IMG/VR virus record: IMGVR_UViG_3300029288_000129
Location: 25,810 to 89,809 of that record
Length of the DNA: 64,000 nucleotides
Reading direction: 5' to 3' (one strand)
Source: a virus
Lineage: Duplodnaviria; Caudoviricetes
In this document: positions 62,949 through 64,000 of the stretch, piece by piece
Position numbering within the stretch: the stretch's first letter is position 1
Layout: every line of letters begins with the position of its first letter
Program-made: the position numbers and the translations under genes
Notes under the pieces: model-generated
What the model was told of the DNA's origin: nothing
Seen by the model: only the letters and a program-made list of their open reading frames with translations
Databases searched by the model: none

Positions 62949-63998
62949 TTATGATTCGGCGAGACGATGCCGACGAATCTCGTTCCAGAGGAATTCTATA
63001 CCTTCTTCTGATGCGTCCCATCCCGCGTCGTTGAGCCGCGACATAATCGCGGATTTGCTATGATCGGTAAGGCCGTCGCCGTCCTCAATATCGTTGTAGG
63101 CATCGATCACGGACTGGTAGTTCTCTAGCCCGAACGATGCTTTCTTTTGGTGCAGATAGTCAGCGGCCATGAACCCGACATAGGCGAGGAGCCCGCGCTC
63201 CACCGCTTTCTCGATGCTGCCCCACAGGTCATACGCGCCCTTTGCGGACTCTACTTTTTGTTCCGGCATCACTTCCTCCACGCAAACAACTTCGTCTCGG
63301 TCCTTCACCTTATCGACAAAACTCGGCGACATATTCTTGAACTCAATATGACCATCGCTGTAGGTGATCTGGTATTTCTTCACCGTTGCGGCCTCAACCT
63401 TCTTTTGGTCCGTATCCGTCGTCTCAACCTCTTTCCAATCCGTGATCACCGGCTCGTCACCGTTAAAGGTTCCGGTATCGCCGATGTCGGTCCAGTTGGT
63501 GTCCGGTATTGTGAGTTCGAGCCGATTGTACTTGGAAAGCGCCTTGAATAATCTTTCGACCGATTCTTGCGCCGCGTCGTTACAGTACACATGAATTGTC
63601 TCGGTGCTGCTATCCTCGTAGTCGGCGGTATCGCACCAGAACTTCATGGAGCCGTCACCATCGAAGTCTATCTTGATCGGCTTCCCGTTCTCCGGCGTAA
63701 CCACGATCTCGCGGCTCATGCCGCTGTTGTAGACCTGTATGCCACGGAACGCTGCATCAAGACTGCCGCGAGTATCAAAGCCCCGCGTCTCTACCTCGTA
63801 GTGGTGTTGGCGATCCATTTCTCCGGCCATGATGCGCATCGCCCTTATGTCGTTGCTGGCGGAGTTGAACCGTTTCGAGAGAGGGATGATGTTGCCGGAG
63901 TCATCGCGGGTGATGGGGTCGGCAAGTTTTACTTGAGATGGAGATGTCGCCAGATATTGGCTTGCCGGAAGTTTTGATGCCCCGCTGGACAGGAAACA
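62949..63998 (-). CDS. C-terminal part of a large polyvalent-type protein (runs off the right edge)
   Basis: The track ORF at 63839 is open further upstream: ...SQVKLADPITRDDSGNIIPLSKRFNSASNDIRAMRIMAGE... Confidence 0.75.
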   Translation of the reverse strand, partial: CFLSSGASKLPASQYLATSPSQVKLADPITRDDSGNIIPLSKRFNSASNDIRAMRIMAGEMDRQHHYEVETRGFDTRGSLDAAFRGIQVYNSGMSREIVVTPENGKPIKIDFDGDGSMKFWCDTADYEDSSTETIHVYCNDAAQESVERLFKALSKYNRLELTIPDTNWTDIGDTGTFNGDEPVITDWKEVETTDTDQKKVEAATVKKYQITYSDGHIEFKNMSPSFVDKVKDRDEVVCVEEVMPEQKVESAKGAYDLWGSIEKAVERGLLAYVGFMAADYLHQKKASFGLENYQSVIDAYNDIEDGDGLTDHSKSAIMSRLNDAGWDASEEGIEFLWNEIRRHRLAES

Positions 63999-64000
63999 GC

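Noticed and set aside
35-63977. Long antisense or off-frame ORFs in the track (e.g. 7777-8961, 28558-29565, 38729-39703, 50605-51699, 59531-60436, 61013-62176)
   Set aside because: They are shadow ORFs of GC-rich genes that have recognisable motifs and RBSs on the other strand or frame.
1-64000. Window as a complete circular genome
   Set aside because: The open minus-strand frames at the two edges would be compatible if joined, but that is a 1-in-3 chance. Portal, sheath, tube and lysis genes are missing.
1-64000. Stop-codon reassignment, inteins, introns, reverse transcriptase/DGR
   Set aside because: Genes are intact and tightly packed under the standard code. No splice-junction, homing-endonuclease or RT motifs were seen.

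Overview
Part of a tailed-phage genome of myovirus type (GC-rich, standard genetic code, no host housekeeping genes). The window has three transcriptional blocks. (1) A leftward virion/head block at 1-16.8 kb, interrupted by a rightward island ending in an antirepressor gene (7.2-10.35 kb) and by an AT-rich stand-alone tnpB. (2) A long rightward block at 17-45.2 kb: lambdoid replication module (DUF1376 initiator with an internal iteron origin, DnaC-like loader), DNA methyltransferase, RdgC-like, Bet/RecT plus exonuclease, HD protein, YopX, DUF5131, ParB-like, SMC-like ATPase, a tmRNA and the large terminase. (3) A leftward morphogenesis block at 45.2-64 kb: tape measure, YadA-like fibre, small terminase, baseplate J/gp25, major capsid, decoration, scaffold, prohead protease. 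Portal, sheath, tube, lysis genes and integrase were not seen, so the genome extends beyond the window. The most striking element is a stand-alone RAMP/Cas7-like gene (31705-32331) followed immediately by a five-unit non-coding array of 61 GGH-NN pentamers (32342-32704), a candidate RNA-guided system with a non-contiguous guide code. Other notable items: a 17-bp palindrome at a fixed distance upstream of three late promoters, a tmRNA with an unusual 27-aa tag, a -1 frameshift joining two tail-chaperone ORFs, and a terminase with an apparently duplicated nuclease domain. All family assignments come from motif recognition by eye, not database searches.
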